DNA of 60,000 bases from Lama glama. Lineage: Eukaryota. The notes beneath the pieces were generated by a model, which worked only from the letters and a program-made list of their open reading frames with translations, made no database searches and had not been told where the DNA came from. Both the position numbers and the translations under genes were made by a program. Shown here piece after piece: positions 1-12,840 of this stretch; positions within the stretch are counted from its first letter, which is position 1; each line of letters opens with the position of its first letter. The stretch is from the NCBI GenBank assembly GCA_028534125.1, contig CM052817.1:25546001-25606000 (forward strand). The letters are read 5' to 3'.

Positions 1-27
1 AGTGAATGTGGAATTTTTCTTTACTTA

Positions 28-1253
28 TTTTTTTTAAATTTAATTTCCAGAAAGAAGCCAAGTTAGAGAGCAGTATTCTGTGTTGTCGTCATCCCCATCG
101 TGATCGCTACGGCTTGCCTCCTTCCCAAGGGCAGCAAGTGTTACAAACAAGATACTGTTGAATCCTCACTGCGAACTACATAAAACATACATATGATTCC
201 CACTTGACAGATGAGTCTGATTCAGAGAGAACAAGAAACTTGCCCAAGGTCATCATCCCGTAGGAAGTGGAATCAAGATTCAAAACTTGAGTCTATGTGG
301 CTCTGAAGCCCACAATGTTTGCTTCAGGTGCCCAAGAGTTTAAATACTATTCCCTCTGCCATCACCTGGAATTTCTAAAATCTTTAAACCCNNNNNNNNN
401 NNNNNNNNNNNNNNNNNNNNNNNNNNNNNNNNNNNNNNNNNNNNNNNNNNNNNNNNNNNNNNNNNNNNNNNNNNNNNNNNNNNNNNNNNNNNNNNNNNNN
501 NNNNNNNNNNNNNNNNNNNNNNNNNNNNNNNNNNNNNNNNNNNNNNNNNNNNNNNNNNNNNNNNNNNNNNNNNNNNNNNNNNNNNNNNNNNNNNNNNNNN
601 NNNNNNNNNNNNNNNNNNNNNNNNNNNNNNNNNNNNNNNNNNNNNNNNNNNNNNNNNNNNNNNNNNNNNNNNNNNNNNNNNNNNNNNNNNNNNNNNNNNN
701 NNNNNNNNNNNNNNNNNNNNNNNNNNNNNNNNNNNNNNNNNNNNNNNNNNNNNNNNNNNNNNNNNNNNNNNNNNNNNNNNNNNNNNNNNNNNNNNNNNNN
801 NNNNNNNNNNNNNNNNNNNNNNNNNNNNNNNNNNNNNNNNNNNNNNNNNNNNNNNNNNNNNNNNNNNNNNNNNNNNNNNNNNNNNNNNNNNTTTTTTTAA
901 ATTTAATTTCCAGAAAGAAGCCAAGTTAGAGAGCAGTATTCTGTGTTGTCATCATCCCCATCGTGATCGCTACGGCTTGCCTCCTTCCCAAGGGCAGCAA
1001 GTGTTACAAACAAGATACTGTTGAATCCTCACTGCGAACTACATAAAACATACATATGATTCCCACTTGACAGATGAGTCTGGTTCAGAGAGAACAAGAA
1101 ACTTGCCCAAGGTCATCATCCCGTAGGAAGTGGAATCAAGATTCAAAACTTGAGTCTATGTGGCTCTGAAGCCCACAATGTTTGCTTCAGGTGCTCAAGA
1201 GTTTAAATACTATTCCCTCTGCCATCACCTGGAATTTCTAAAATCTTTAAACC
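28..1253. other. Assembly gap (N 392-891) flanked by a near-identical ~363-bp duplication (28-391 vs 892-1253)
   Basis: The same sequence lies on both sides of the N-run, with three substitutions (gtcgtc/gtcatc, tctgattc/tctggttc, gtgccc/gtgctc). This is typical of uncollapsed haplotypes at a contig join. Confidence 0.85.
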
Positions 1254-1426
1254 CTTGTTTGCAATAAGCAATAACAGTATGCTCAGAACCGTATGTGCTG
1301 ACATCTTTAGCTACTAATATTTTTCACTCTCTTAAAAAAATCTTATCCACTTTTCCCTCCTTTTTCCCCCTTCTCCTCTTGCTCTGAGCTTCAGAGATAT
1401 CTGACATGATATGCCCCCACCCCCAT

Positions 1427-1482
1427 CTCTCTCTCTCTCACATACACACACACACTCTCTCTCTCTCACTCTCTCTCTCTCT
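1427..1482. repeat. Compound (CT)n(CA)n(CT)n microsatellite
   Basis: Directly visible dinucleotide runs. Confidence 0.9.
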
Positions 1483-1569
1483 CACATATATTTCCTCCCT
1501 CATGCCATCCCCTGATTTCAGACTTCTGCCTGCCATATAACTTGGAACGAACAGAGAACTTTGGGTTAC

Positions 1570-2145
1570 CTCAACCGGATGGAGGTTTATTTTAAAGACA
1601 CTACAGAAAAAAAGAGAACCCACAGGAAGTGAGGGAGCCCGGCGGCACACAGCCAGGCTTCACAGAGACCTGGAAGGCCGGCTTGCTACCCTCCAAAGTG
1701 GGCAAAGGGCTCTTCTCTACTCTAGTTCTGACTCAGCTTCTCTTTGACTCTTTCTTTCCTGCTTCTCTTTTTACTCCCAGCTTCTCTTTCCTGCTGCCTT
1801 TGCCTCTTTCTTCCCACTTTCTTCCTGCCTTTCTCAGTATCAACGGCTGGTGGACAGCACCGAGGCTCATCCTGAGGGTACAGCCCCCAAGATAAGAAAT
1901 CTGATTGGCTCCTCTTTTTCTTACCATCCAAAATGGAGCATCTCTATTGGGCAGAGGGCCCCTGGACCACCCCATAGTCTGCGGGCTTCCTTTGTGTGTT
2001 GCCCCTGCTAGAGCCTCCCCTGATGCAAGCAGGCAGGAAAATCAAGTGTCAGCCAGCCGGGACGGCTGCTTCCCCCTATTGCCCCTCTGCGGTCTGTGAG
2101 TCTAATGTGAAGCGCGTGTTGATTGGGTGGCGCTCCTCTAGTAAG
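1570..2145 (-). promoter_or_regulatory. TLR10: Probable TLR10 first non-coding exon and promoter
   Basis: The minus strand has a donor GAG|GTAACC at ~1569-1564. An ETS site CAGGAAGTG lies at ~1623-1631, CCAAT boxes at ~1904 and ~2122, with mild CpG enrichment. Synteny places TLR10 immediately downstream of TLR1 on the same strand. No TLR10 coding sequence is in the window. Confidence 0.4.
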
Positions 2146-2737
2146 AGAAAATAGTGACAGAAGTTATGTTTCCTGAATTATATTTCGAAAAAACAAATAA
2201 ACATTTAGTTCCAGAAAGAGATAGATGTGGATCTCCCAGATTTAGGCTCTCATTTCTTTGGGGGAGGGGACTATCAATATTTAAGTTCTAAGACATACTG
2301 AACTTCTGGGAAGAAGGGTGAACATCCTCACGGGCCTGTCTGTGACCACATCATCAACATGCAGCACTCCTGTCCCCTGCCTCTCAAAGGCATGGTGCCT
2401 GGGACCTTATTGGTTAACTTTGATCATGGGTTTTTATTAAGGGTTGTCATCCACTTGTGTGGGTGTTAACTTGGGGAATTCAGGAAGCAACTGTGTCCTA
2501 GTATGAAGATGAAGTCCATCAGAGAGCTCTGCAACACCCAAGGAAGGCAGGGGTGAGCTGGTCCAAAGCGTTGGGGAGCCACAGAAGACACAGTCCAGAA
2601 AGCACAGGAGAGGTGGCCGGGAGTTCAGAATGCCTCTGAAATCCTCAGAAGGGACAGCTTTCCTATGGCTGAGCACTCAAGTGGCTTTACTTGAAAATAC
2701 AAGGTGATAACCCCACACCTAGAAACTTTGGTGACAA

Positions 2738-2913
2738 AAAGAAAAAAGTTTCTTCAGTATAGCACAGGGAACTATGTTCGATATCTTGGAATAACCTTTA
2801 ATGAAAAAGAATATGAAAATGAATATAAGTATGTTTATGCATGACTGGGACATTGTGCTGTACACCAGAAGTTGACACATTGTAATTGACTGTACTTCAG
2901 TTTAAAAAAAAAA
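2738..2913 (+). mobile_element. 5'-truncated young L1 3' end with poly(A) and 17-bp TSD
   Basis: L1 3'UTR motifs (tatagcacagggaac...gtgctgtacaccagaa) and an A-tail. TSD AGAAACTTTGGTGACAA at 2721-2737 and 2914-2930. Confidence 0.85.
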
Positions 2914-4931
2914 AGAAACTTTGGTGACAATCAGGTTGTACTAGTGAGGCTGAAGTTTTTCACGTGTTTGCTTTGTAACTGGACTCTGTTTTGAGCTGTC
3001 CATCTCTTCACCAATAAATCAATTGGGATCTTAGTGCTTTTCTATTTTATCTTATCCTTCATATAAAAAAGGAAGAGAATTTTTATCTGAGGTATTTGCT
3101 ACCAGTTTTACTTCCCAATTTAGTATTTCCCCGTTTGCCATTTTTAGTTGATTTTGGTTTTTTATTCATTTGCTTGTTTGTTTTAAGATACAGCTGTTTC
3201 CCGGAACGGGAGAGGGGGGATTTGTAGTCAAATTCCGTCCCTTTTCTAATTTTTTTGAATCTTAGAAAGCCCAGGACAGCCTAGACTGAACATGATCAGC
3301 AGCTTAGCTCCAGTTCCATATTCGGTGGTATAAGGGAATGAAAATAATAGCAATCACAATAATAATAATGTCATCATTAGAGCTAATGTTTATCAACCTT
3401 TTGCAGACCCACTTTCCTCTGATTTCTTAACCATATAAGAAAGGTTATCATGCCCATTTTACAGATGAGAAAAAGGAGGCTAGAAAAAGTTAAGGACACG
3501 GGTACAGAGAAATTGAGCCGGGATTTAATTCCAGAATGCTTGTGTGCAGAACCCAGTTTCATAACCTTTATTCTCTGCTACTTTCAGCTCTAATGGAGAC
3601 CTAGCCTTATTCCCCTAAACCCCATTTTCTTTTTTCTTGGTCGTAAAAATTTTAAGTACAGAAAAATGTAAAAGCAAAAGCAAGCATCAACCACAGGCAA
3701 GTAGTGATAATATTTTTGTATATTTTCATCTAGATTGTGTTCTCTGCATATTTTTAACATATTGGAACCATCCTGTGCATACAATTTTGCATTTCAAAAT
3801 TTCTATGGTTTTCATTTCTGTTGTAATATAAGCATTGTCTTATGTTAATAAAAAAGACTTCCCATACATTGTTATTTTTAGATTGTGGTAAAAAAAACAC
3901 GTAACACAAAATTTACCATCTTAACCCTATACACTATTTTTAGTAATTGTAAAATATGTCACTAAATGAGCCCAGCATGTTTCTTCCATTGTTGGAAATT
4001 TGGAGAGCTTCAAAATTTTCACTGTTAACAATAACCCTGCAGTTAACATACTTGTAAAGAAATATTTGTCCACATTTCAACTTATTTCCTTAGGATATAT
4101 TTCTAAAAGTGGAATTACAGGTCACAGATCATGGCTATTTATATATTGCCAAACTCCTTGGTCCTTCTATTACCACTATATAAAATGCCCCCTCCCCTGC
4201 AGCCTTGTTAGTAATAACAAGCTGATAAAAAATGGAACTGTTTTCATCTTAATTTGATCAAGAACCCTGGGTGAAGTGTGAGACTAGATAACTGAGTTTG
4301 TAACCCTTTGCTTACTAGCCAAGAAAAGGGATTGGAGAGTCTGAGAGGTGTTAAGATTAGAAGAGGGTTTGGAGAGCTTTTGGTGTAATATGAATTCCCT
4401 CTTATCTCAATCCTAGGAAAAGGGGCTTCAACAGAACCACGTGGAAAGTTGGTCATGTAAACTCTGCCCTTTGGGGGACATATTGTAACCAGTCTTTAAT
4501 TCATACCTGGAAATCTAAAGGCCTTGGCTAGCTGCTCTGAGGGTCCCTTTTACTAATAATGAAATTTAGGCTTAGAAAGTTTAATTGTTCAAGGTCATGC
4601 ACATATAAGTAATGGAGCTATAATTGAAACCCAGTGGTTCCAAATCAGAGCTTGCTAATTTATCCAATCTGTGATGTGCCTTCTCATTTCTTATTTTCAT
4701 TACTATGTATTTGTCCACACTTTGAACTGAATTCCTCATCTCCCAACTTGGAATTCTTTGGCAGGAGATTCCACAAGCACAATCTCAACCTCCTAGCTGC
4801 CTCTTTAAAACCACTTAGGAGATCAGATATTTATACACAGATTGATGTAACTTCTCAGAATCTTGAGTTTGTTAGATAAACTTTAACTGACTTTATGGCT
4901 GCCTTTAAGGATTTTTTTTAGACTTGCGAAA

Positions 4932-5340
4932 TGTGATGGGTTGAATCGTGTCCCCTAAAATCCATTTGTTGAGGTCCTAAACCCCAGTACCCCACAGTGT
5001 GACCTTATTTGGAAATAAGGATAGTGTAGATGTTATTAGTTAAGGTGGGGCCATTAGGGTGGGCCCTAATCCAATATGATTGGTATCCTTATAAAAGAGT
5101 GGGGATTGGGGCATAAATAGGCATAGAGGGAAGACCATGTGAAGAAACAGAGAGAGACAGTCATCTAAAACCAAAGGGTAGAGGCTGGGAGCAAATCCTT
5201 CCCTCCCACCCCTCAAGAGGACCCAACCCTCCCGACATCTTGATATTGGACTTCCAGCCTCCAGAACCGTGAGTCAATAAATTTCTGTTGTTTAGGCCAC
5301 TCAGAGTGCAGTACTCTGTTACATCAGACCCAGCAAACAA
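4932..5340 (+). mobile_element. MaLR solo LTR (MLT1A/B-like)
   Basis: Starts tgtgatgggttgaatcgtgtcccc and has the internal gtgaccttatttggaaataagg. It ends with ttggacttccagcctccagaac...aataaatttctgttgttt, all hallmark MLT1 motifs. Confidence 0.8.
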
Positions 5341-7455
5341 GTGCTAAGCAATTGAAACTTGGAATTGAAATGCAACTAGGATTGCAACTGAAATACACCT
5401 AGTGCTGAGCAACTGAAACTTGGTTATGAAATCTTCAAGTTCAGTAACAGGAAGGGCAATCATCCTAGAGAAAACAGGAAGATCCAGGTTTAGCAACGGT
5501 TGCAACTTCCATTACAGAACAAGCGCTTTTATCCATTTTTAGTATATATTTCATGATTTCAATTTGTTTTCCACTATTAATTCTCACAGAATTATAAATG
5601 ATGACTTTCCTGTATTTCTAAATGTCAACTCCATAGCTTGTCTTTCCAGATCCATGACATTATGATCTTAATCTAACTCTCCATGCTTATGTCTCACTGT
5701 TAATTTTCATAAATTTCATGGTCCAGTCAAACTGGGACAGTAGTCCCAGAATAGGCCTGGGTATTCCTATCTTTGCTCCCCCATCTGTCTATTTAGAATG
5801 GTCTTTCCATTCTTCATCATTATGCATCAAAAAAATCCAAAGTTAAAGTCTCCCTTCAAAGCCCAATGGAAAAATGACCACTTCTAAAAAAATTTTTTTT
5901 CCACTCAATCTAAATGGCCTTTGAACTTCCATTTATATTTTTGTTCCATTGATTTTTATTTTTGCTATCTGGATTCATAGGGGTATTTTTAGGGAAAGAA
6001 ATAATAGTATATTAAGTCTTACTTGAGTTTCTCCTCCCAAAAGTGAAGACTCACACAAGAGCTTTGTGGGCAGGTCATTTGGTTTGAAGAAGTGGTCTCA
6101 GGACTCAAGAGTGAGGGGACTGAGAAGAATGAAACAAGGATGAAGGCAAAGCCAATCCAAGAGTAAGTTATTGAACTGGTTACTCCTGTGGCCAAGGAAG
6201 GTTCAATCCCACTGGGGACTCTCTGAGGAGTGGTGCAGACTATGCCTCATTTTCTTACCCAAGAATAAAAGAGAGAGGAATATTTATCTAATGGCTCCCG
6301 TCCCTCTGGTGGCCAGAGATCTCTTTAGACAAGATCTCTGGAACTTCCAGGTGTGTGCATGTACCAGAATAATTGAACAGGATTTCACAAACATCCTGGA
6401 CAGTGGTATTAGTGAAGTCATGGAGCATTAAGTGAGAGATAGATGGTGCAGCTACGATGAGGTGCTGCCAGGCTACACCTGCCTAGAGCTGGCTGTCAGA
6501 GTAAAAGTGTCTAGACAGAATGATTGATGAGTATGAAAAATAGCTGTTATAATAAAGCTGGAAAGAAATCTGATGTAGCCCACTCCTTGCACTGCTCCAA
6601 TTTGCTCATGCCCTATTTTAAGTTTCCCAAAAGACAGGAATACTATGTATAGAAGCAGTACACATCGGCTATATTCCTCCTTTTGCTCAAAAGAGCAAAG
6701 GCTCCCATTCATTCTAGTTCAGACAACTAGAATCTCAGCAAGATCTCCAGCCACAGAAAACCAGACTCAGAATTTCCATTTGACCTGAGATGTAACACAC
6801 TCTTGGTTTAAGTTCCAATGCAGACCCTGAGACGAGTATTCAACTGCAAGGAGTTTATTTCAGAGGAAGAGTGAGGAAGAATGAGGATATGAAATAAAAA
6901 CAGAAAGGAGGCCAATAAAGTCATTTCTACCATAGAAAATCAGGATTGCATCCTACTGGGAGATTCAGGGGGAATGTAAAGTACACCCCAGATTTGTCCC
7001 CCCGAAATGGGTGAGAAAGTTGAGGTATTTATCTGCCAATTCTCTTTCTGATATTGGTGGAAGGCTGTTTCCAAGGATACCCTCCAGCACTTCTGAATTT
7101 CCCTTTGTGTGGGTAAAGTGGGTTCTCATGGCCAAGAAGAAAATCCTTCACGGAGAGACTCTCCAGCATTAGCAATAAGCGGCCCTCAACATGCAGAGGT
7201 GAATGTTGAGTGGAAATGAGGAAGACACCAACAGATATAGAAATCTGCTACAGAAACCTAGCTACAGGTATAAAAGGCATGAAGTTTTCTAACATTGACC
7301 CTGGCACACAGAAACATATCAACTGAAGTTGTTTGAACAGGTGCTTCTCTCGATTACATGATAAATTCAGTGAATTCAGTCCTAGCAAAGAAACACATGA
7401 ATCCCTCATGTTAGAAATCAACCATTTACATAGAAATTATATCACTTCACTTACT

Positions 7456-7461
7456 TTTATT
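7456..7461 (-). terminator. TLR1: Candidate TLR1 polyadenylation signal AATAAA
   Basis: TTTATT on the plus strand, ~160 nt downstream of the TLR1 stop. Confidence 0.5.
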
Positions 7462-7622
7462 ACCATGTATAAATAGGGAACTGAGGCCTGAAAGGATGTA
7501 CACATTTTTGTCTACATCTTAAATTTAAAGTCATGTTTAGATTCGTGTTGATGCAAAATAAAGTCATTGTTGGAACTTGCAAAAGCAGCAACATTTTTTC
7601 TAAAAGCAGCAGAGGAATATTT

Positions 7623-10013
7623 TTAGATCTGTGTGTAACTTAATTCTTTTGATTTCTCCATCAATTTAATATTAATAGATGCTCTTAGATTAGCCCAAAA
7701 AAGTCCATGTTTGCTCTTCTCCTTGGGCCATTCCAAATAAGTTCTCTGTGCCATGAGAGCTCTGAGCTTGTGATAGCTGCTAGGAATGGAATACTGTGGA
7801 ATGGGATCCAGCAAGATCAGGATTAAGTTATTGGATCCTTCATGGAAGAGGTTGTGGTGGGCGAAGTAGAGTTCATAATGGCACCACTCACTCTGAACAA
7901 AGTTGGGAGACAAGACAAAGATGGACTTGTAACTTTTCTCAATACAGTTTATGATATTTTCCATGATGCTCTTGCCGGGAACAAAATTCCTCTCATGAAG
8001 ACAAATTTTTATATCTTCTTTTTCTAGGTTTGGTAGTAATTCGCTCTTTACCCATGAAGAATCGTGCCCACTGTATGAAATAAAAGCATGGAACTGGAGA
8101 GTTCTTTGGAGTTCTGCTAAGGGTACATTCCTAGCCCTGCGCCGGGTCTGGGTCCACTGACACAGCATCCTGAGATACCAGGGAAGATCCAGGTAGATAC
8201 AGAGGACGGTCACGGTAACAGCCACCAGCAGCCCAGTGACCCCAATGGTGACAATCAGCAGAGCTGTGTTGCAGGATAATTGAGATACGTGGAAGTCCTT
8301 AAGTGCGGTTCCCTTATAGCTTTCTGGATAGTCACACTTATAAGAATCAGGCCAGTCCTCTACCACTTCACTTGGTACTTGGCCTATACCTTGGATAAAG
8401 TCTCTTAGCTCACATGTACATTGGAATGGATTGTTCCCTGCTTTTAGGGACCTAATCTTCTGGCAGCTCTGGAAGAAATCAGCTGATGGGTTGGAAATTG
8501 AATTATAGTCAATGATCAGTACAGAAAGGCTGCTAAAGGTACCACATCCAGGAAGGTGGGCTAAAAAATTGAAAGCAACATTGAGCTCTTGCAAAGCTTC
8601 TAGACTGGTGACATCTTTAGGGATGCTCCTTATTCTGTTATTGTGAAGATCAAGAACCTTGACCCTGGGAGGTAAACATCTGAAAACAGAGTCAGTCAGT
8701 ATATTTGAAGACATATTTAAACTTAATAAACTTCTAGTCCAAGAGCAATTTCCTTCATTTTCATCATACCTTAGAGAATTCTGGCTAACATCCAATTGTT
8801 GTAGAGATGTCATTGTCTCGGTCATATGAACTATAATTGCAAGTTCTTTTAACTGATTCATTTGTAAACTGAATGTCTCCAAATTAATCAGATTTCCACA
8901 ATTTTTAAAAACCATGTCTGTTAAGACATTATTGGAAAAATCCAAATACAGAAATGGGCTAATTTGGGATGGGCAAACCATGTGGACCATGTGTGTAGCA
9001 GACACTGTGAGATGTTGGATGTTCATATTTGAAAAGATTTCATAGATATAACTTTGTGGAAACCCAAACACATCAGTGACGACTTGGTGTATAGACAAGA
9101 CCTTCAGTGAAGTGTCAGAATAATCAAAATCTCTGAAGTCAAGGTGACCTTGTAGTTTCACATTTGAAATTGAGAAATACTCAATTCTCGTATGCCAAAC
9201 CAACTGGAGGATCATGATGAAAAAATTCCAAGTTGTTTCAATGTTGTTTAAAGTAAGATTTGATAACCTTGAATTCTTTTGGAGTTTTGACAGAACATTG
9301 TGGAAATAAGGACATCCATCATCACCCAGAACACATTTGATGTTAGACAGTTCCAGACTTACTGCAGTGCTGAGTGACACGTCCAAAGTGAAATGGAATT
9401 CCTTTCCTGTGGGGAAAACAATGTGCAGACTCTGTATGTTCAGGTCTTGAAGGCTCTCAGGGTCTTCTTTTCCCCCGTAAGTGTCTCCTAAGACCAGTAA
9501 AACCTTATTGATATGCATATGAGCAATTGGCAGCAGACTAGGTTTTTGAAACTGTGTGGCACTCAACCCCAGAAACTGTAGTTGAGACATGTTGCCAAAC
9601 TCTTGGCAAATGGGCAGGGCATCAAATGCATTAAATGAGAGGTCTAAGTGCTTGAGGCTCAGAATAGGGTGGCAAGAAATCTGCTCCAGCTTGTTGTGGG
9701 ACAAATCCAAGTATTCTAATTCCTGGTTGAATTTGAAAACACTGATATCAAGATACTGGATTCTATTATGAGAAAGTATCAAAATTTTCAGTTTTGATAG
9801 TGATAGGATGTCAGATGCCCGAAGCTCAGAAATAGAGTTTTGTGATATATCTAAGACTGTTGTTTTCAGGGGTAGGTCTTTGGGAACACAGATGAGACCT
9901 GTTTGTGATCTATCAACTAAAAATTCACTTTCATCAGATAATTGGATTCTGATCTCAAGTGTTAATATGAAGATGGTGGCAAAATGGAAGATGCCAGAAT
10001 TCACTTTAGTCAT
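7623..10013 (-). CDS. TLR1: Toll-like receptor 1 (796 aa, single coding exon)
   Basis: Signal peptide, LRR array, LRRCT (NPFQCTC), TM helix and TIR domain ([31 protein letters not shown]). TLR1-specific segments are [11 protein letters not shown] and [14 protein letters not shown]. Splice acceptor ttttcccctag at 10082-10081. Confidence 0.98.
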   Translation of the reverse strand: MTKVNSGIFHFATIFILTLEIRIQLSDESEFLVDRSQTGLICVPKDLPLKTTVLDISQNSISELRASDILSLSKLKILILSHNRIQYLDISVFKFNQELEYLDLSHNKLEQISCHPILSLKHLDLSFNAFDALPICQEFGNMSQLQFLGLSATQFQKPSLLPIAHMHINKVLLVLGDTYGGKEDPESLQDLNIQSLHIVFPTGKEFHFTLDVSLSTAVSLELSNIKCVLGDDGCPYFHNVLSKLQKNSRLSNLTLNNIETTWNFFIMILQLVWHTRIEYFSISNVKLQGHLDFRDFDYSDTSLKVLSIHQVVTDVFGFPQSYIYEIFSNMNIQHLTVSATHMVHMVCPSQISPFLYLDFSNNVLTDMVFKNCGNLINLETFSLQMNQLKELAIIVHMTETMTSLQQLDVSQNSLRYDENEGNCSWTRSLLSLNMSSNILTDSVFRCLPPRVKVLDLHNNRIRSIPKDVTSLEALQELNVAFNFLAHLPGCGTFSSLSVLIIDYNSISNPSADFFQSCQKIRSLKAGNNPFQCTCELRDFIQGIGQVPSEVVEDWPDSYKCDYPESYKGTALKDFHVSQLSCNTALLIVTIGVTGLLVAVTVTVLCIYLDLPWYLRMLCQWTQTRRRARNVPLAELQRTLQFHAFISYSGHDSSWVKSELLPNLEKEDIKICLHERNFVPGKSIMENIINCIEKSYKSIFVLSPNFVQSEWCHYELYFAHHNLFHEGSNNLILILLDPIPQYSIPSSYHKLRALMAQRTYLEWPKEKSKHGLFWANLRASINIKLMEKSKELSYTQI

Positions 10014-10257
10014 TTTGTAACAAGAGACATTCCCAAGGGTAGTTGCTATTCTTCAGAGTATCTTGATACAGATACAGATCCTAGGGGAAAAAAAATCCAC
10101 ATTAAGTGATTGTATTAAATTAGGGGTGGCTGACATTAAACATTTTTTTACTAGAGACCCATAAAATGAAGGCTACACTCATTGGAATCCCACAACCTGA
10201 AATCAGGGAAATATATACACTGATAAATAATTATACTACCTCTAATCGAATAACTTT

Positions 10258-11440
10258 TAATATGGATGTGCAATGGACGCCCCCCCCCAAAGATATATCC
10301 ACCTCCTAACCATGTCCTAATCTCCTAATTGAATATTGGGTATTTGTAGAGATAATTAAGTTAAGAATCTTGAAATGAGAAGATTCTGGATTATCTAGGT
10401 GGTCTCTAAGTCCAATGACAAGTATTATAAGAGAAAGGCAGAGGGAGCATTATTTACAATTGCCAAGATATGGAAGGAACCTAAGTGTCCATCAATAAGT
10501 GAATGATAAAGATGTGGTATATATATACAATGGAATATTACTCAGCCATAGAAAAATGAAATCTTGCCTTAGAACAGCATGGATAAATCTAGAAGGTAGT
10601 GAAATAAGTCAGACAGAGAAAGACAAAAACCACATGATCTCACGTATATGTGGAATCTAAATAACAAAACAAACAAAATAAAATGAAAGCAGACTCACAG
10701 ATACAGAGAACAAATTGGTGGTTGCTGAGGGGAGGGGAATGGAGGAAGGGCAAAATAGGTGAAGGGGATTATGCGGTACCAATCACCAGTTAGATACTAA
10801 ATGTTATGGGGATGTAATATAGAGAATAAGGAGTATGGTCAGTAATACTGCAATAACTTTTTATGGTGACAGATGGTTACTGGACATGTTGTGGTGATCA
10901 TTTCATAATGTATGTAGATATCAAATTATTATGTAGTACCCTGGAACTAATGTAATATTGTACGTCAACTACATTTTAATCATAAATAATAATTAAAAAT
11001 TTTAAGAATTAAAAATTCATTTTAAAAAGGGGGGAGGCTGTAGCTCAAGTGGTAGAGCACATGCTTAGCATGCACGAGGTCCTAGGTTTAATCTCCTGTA
11101 CCTCCATTACAAAATAATTAAATAAATAAACCTAATGACCACCCCCCACCAAAAATAAATAAAAAAGAGAAAGGCAGAGAGATATTTGATAGAGACAACA
11201 CTGACAAAGAGAAGAAGGCCATATGAAGACAGAGGCAGAGATTGGAACCACACACTGACAAGGCAAGGAATGCCAAGAGCCAGACAGCCAGCAGATGCCA
11301 GAAACGCCTGGAGTATGGCTCTGCTGACACCCTCATTTTGGACTTCTGGTCTCCAGGACCATGAAAGAACAAATTTCTGTTGTTTTAAGCCACCAAGTTC
11401 TGATAATTTGTTACAATAGCCACAGGAAACTAATACAGAT
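10258..11440 (+). mobile_element. MLT1 LTR interrupted by an L1 3' fragment (~10444-11025) and a Vic-1 SINE
   Basis: MLT1 5' part at 10258-10443 and 3' part at 11165-11440 (ttttggacttctgg...aaatttctgttgttttaagccaccaag...ggaaactaataca). TSD AAGAGAAAGGCAGAG at 10429-10443 and 11165-11179 encloses the L1 plus SINE. Confidence 0.75.
11029..11164 (+). mobile_element. Vic-1-type camelid tRNA-derived SINE
   Basis: GGGGGAGGCTGTAGCTCAAGTGGTAGAGCACATGCTTAGCATGCACGAGGTCCTAGGTTTAATC: tRNA-Ala-like A/B boxes followed by an AT-rich tail and poly(A). Matches my recollection of the camelid Vic-1 family. Confidence 0.85.
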
Positions 11441-11699
11441 GGTTTTACATATTCACAGGAAAGTCCTCTGACCCCAGCACTCTCAAGATCATTTATTACT
11501 AGGATCACAGCTGGTGTACCCTTCACCTTGGAAATATACCTCCCCATGGCTGTCTTGAGAGTTCCCTCCCCATGCAGGTGAATTAGGATTCTTTTCGCAT
11601 TACCTTTTGTTACCTACATACAATTTGCTATCTAACTTTGATCTTACTAAAAGGGCAATTAGATCATGATAAAAGATCTCTCACAAAGCCCATTCATCT

Positions 11700-12270
11700 G
11701 TTGATTTATTTATTCAACCAGTGTTTGTTGATAACCTTCTGACCATGTTTTAGGAACTAGAGATAAAGCAGTGAAGTGGGTAGAGTTGTAATTCTTAAGA
11801 GCTTATTATCCAGTGGGGAGACAGAAAATAGGCAAATAAATGACTGAACGTAATTTCTTACGGTGATAAGTGTTATATAGAAAAATAAAGCAGGGTAAAT
11901 GGATCAATAATAACAGTAGGTATATAACAGCAGTTGGTGGTAGCTTTTCTAGATTGATTAGTCAGAGAGGGCCTTTCTGAGAAGATGGTATTGGAGTAGA
12001 AACTAGAAGGAAGCGAATGAATAATCCATGGGAAGATCTGGGGGAAAAGCATTTCTGACAAATGAAAAGGCTGGCGCAAAGGTCTTGGGATGGGGCTGAG
12101 CTGGGTTTGTCTGAGACACAGTAAGGAGATCAGTGCTAGCATGGACTGAGTGAGTGTGAGGAGAGTTAGGGCCAAGATCGCAGGGTGTAGAGCATTGCTA
12201 AGAGTTGGGTTTCTATTCTAAGAGTGATGAGGGGGCAGTGAGCCCTGAAAGGTTTTGAAATGGGAGCAGC
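11700..12270 (-). mobile_element. Ancient L2 fragment
   Basis: Starts tttattcaacca...tgtttgttga and includes gtcagagagggcctttctgagaag and gcaaaggtcttggg...ggag, typical of degenerate L2 3' sequence. Strand is approximate. Confidence 0.55.
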
Positions 12271-12744
12271 TTCCTCCTCTCTCTTATTCAGAAAACCTTT
12301 TATCTTTCATTCATCAAGTATATATGTATTCCCTATAAAATGCTAGGCATCATTCCAGGCTGTGCTTGTTGCACCAGTTGTCAACCCACCACAGTTCAGA
12401 TTCTATCCTGTTATCACCATTCCAGTGGCACATGAGACCAGAGGGAGTTCTGCTGGTATGAACCCCAGAAAGTGATACATCCCTCCTCACCACCACAGAC
12501 CCTCTCAGCAGGGACTACATGACTACACAGATCTTTCAAGGAACTAATTCAAAATCCCCTAGAACTGCATTAGACAAGCAAGCCATTAATATCAGTGAAG
12601 AGTCAAATTCCTCTTCACATGTCCCCTCACATCTCTCAACAAGCACAGAAGAACCTACATAATTCATCTCAGAAACAACCCTGGGTTGCAAAATTTCCTC
12701 AGTATGCAAATTTATCTGGTTTCGGGGACATTGCTTGGACTTAC

Positions 12745-12840
12745 CCTTTCACAGAGGTGCCCAATGATGCCTTGGTGGTCCTGACTTCTTCAAACATAGA
12801 AGAGGGTCGGGATGCCCCTCCATCACCACTCATGAAGACT
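12745..12840 (-). other. TLR1: TLR1 5' non-coding exon (penultimate)
   Basis: Acceptor ccctttctctgcacAG (12842-12841) and donor GG|GTAAGT (12744). The exon resembles the human TLR1 5'UTR as I recall it (gtcttcatga...gaagaa.tcagga...ttgggcacc). Confidence 0.8.

Noticed and set aside
297..929. ORFs of 194-210 aa (and those at 39845-40735)
   Set aside because: They consist mostly of N-derived X residues.
28..1253. Apparent tandem duplication of ~363 bp
   Set aside because: It straddles a 500-N gap and differs by 3 SNPs, so it is most likely two haplotypes at a contig join.
11029..11106. tRNA-Ala-like gene
   Set aside because: It has a degenerate B box, a SINE-specific AT-rich tail and poly(A), and a second copy at ~24.8 kb, so it is a Vic-1 SINE.
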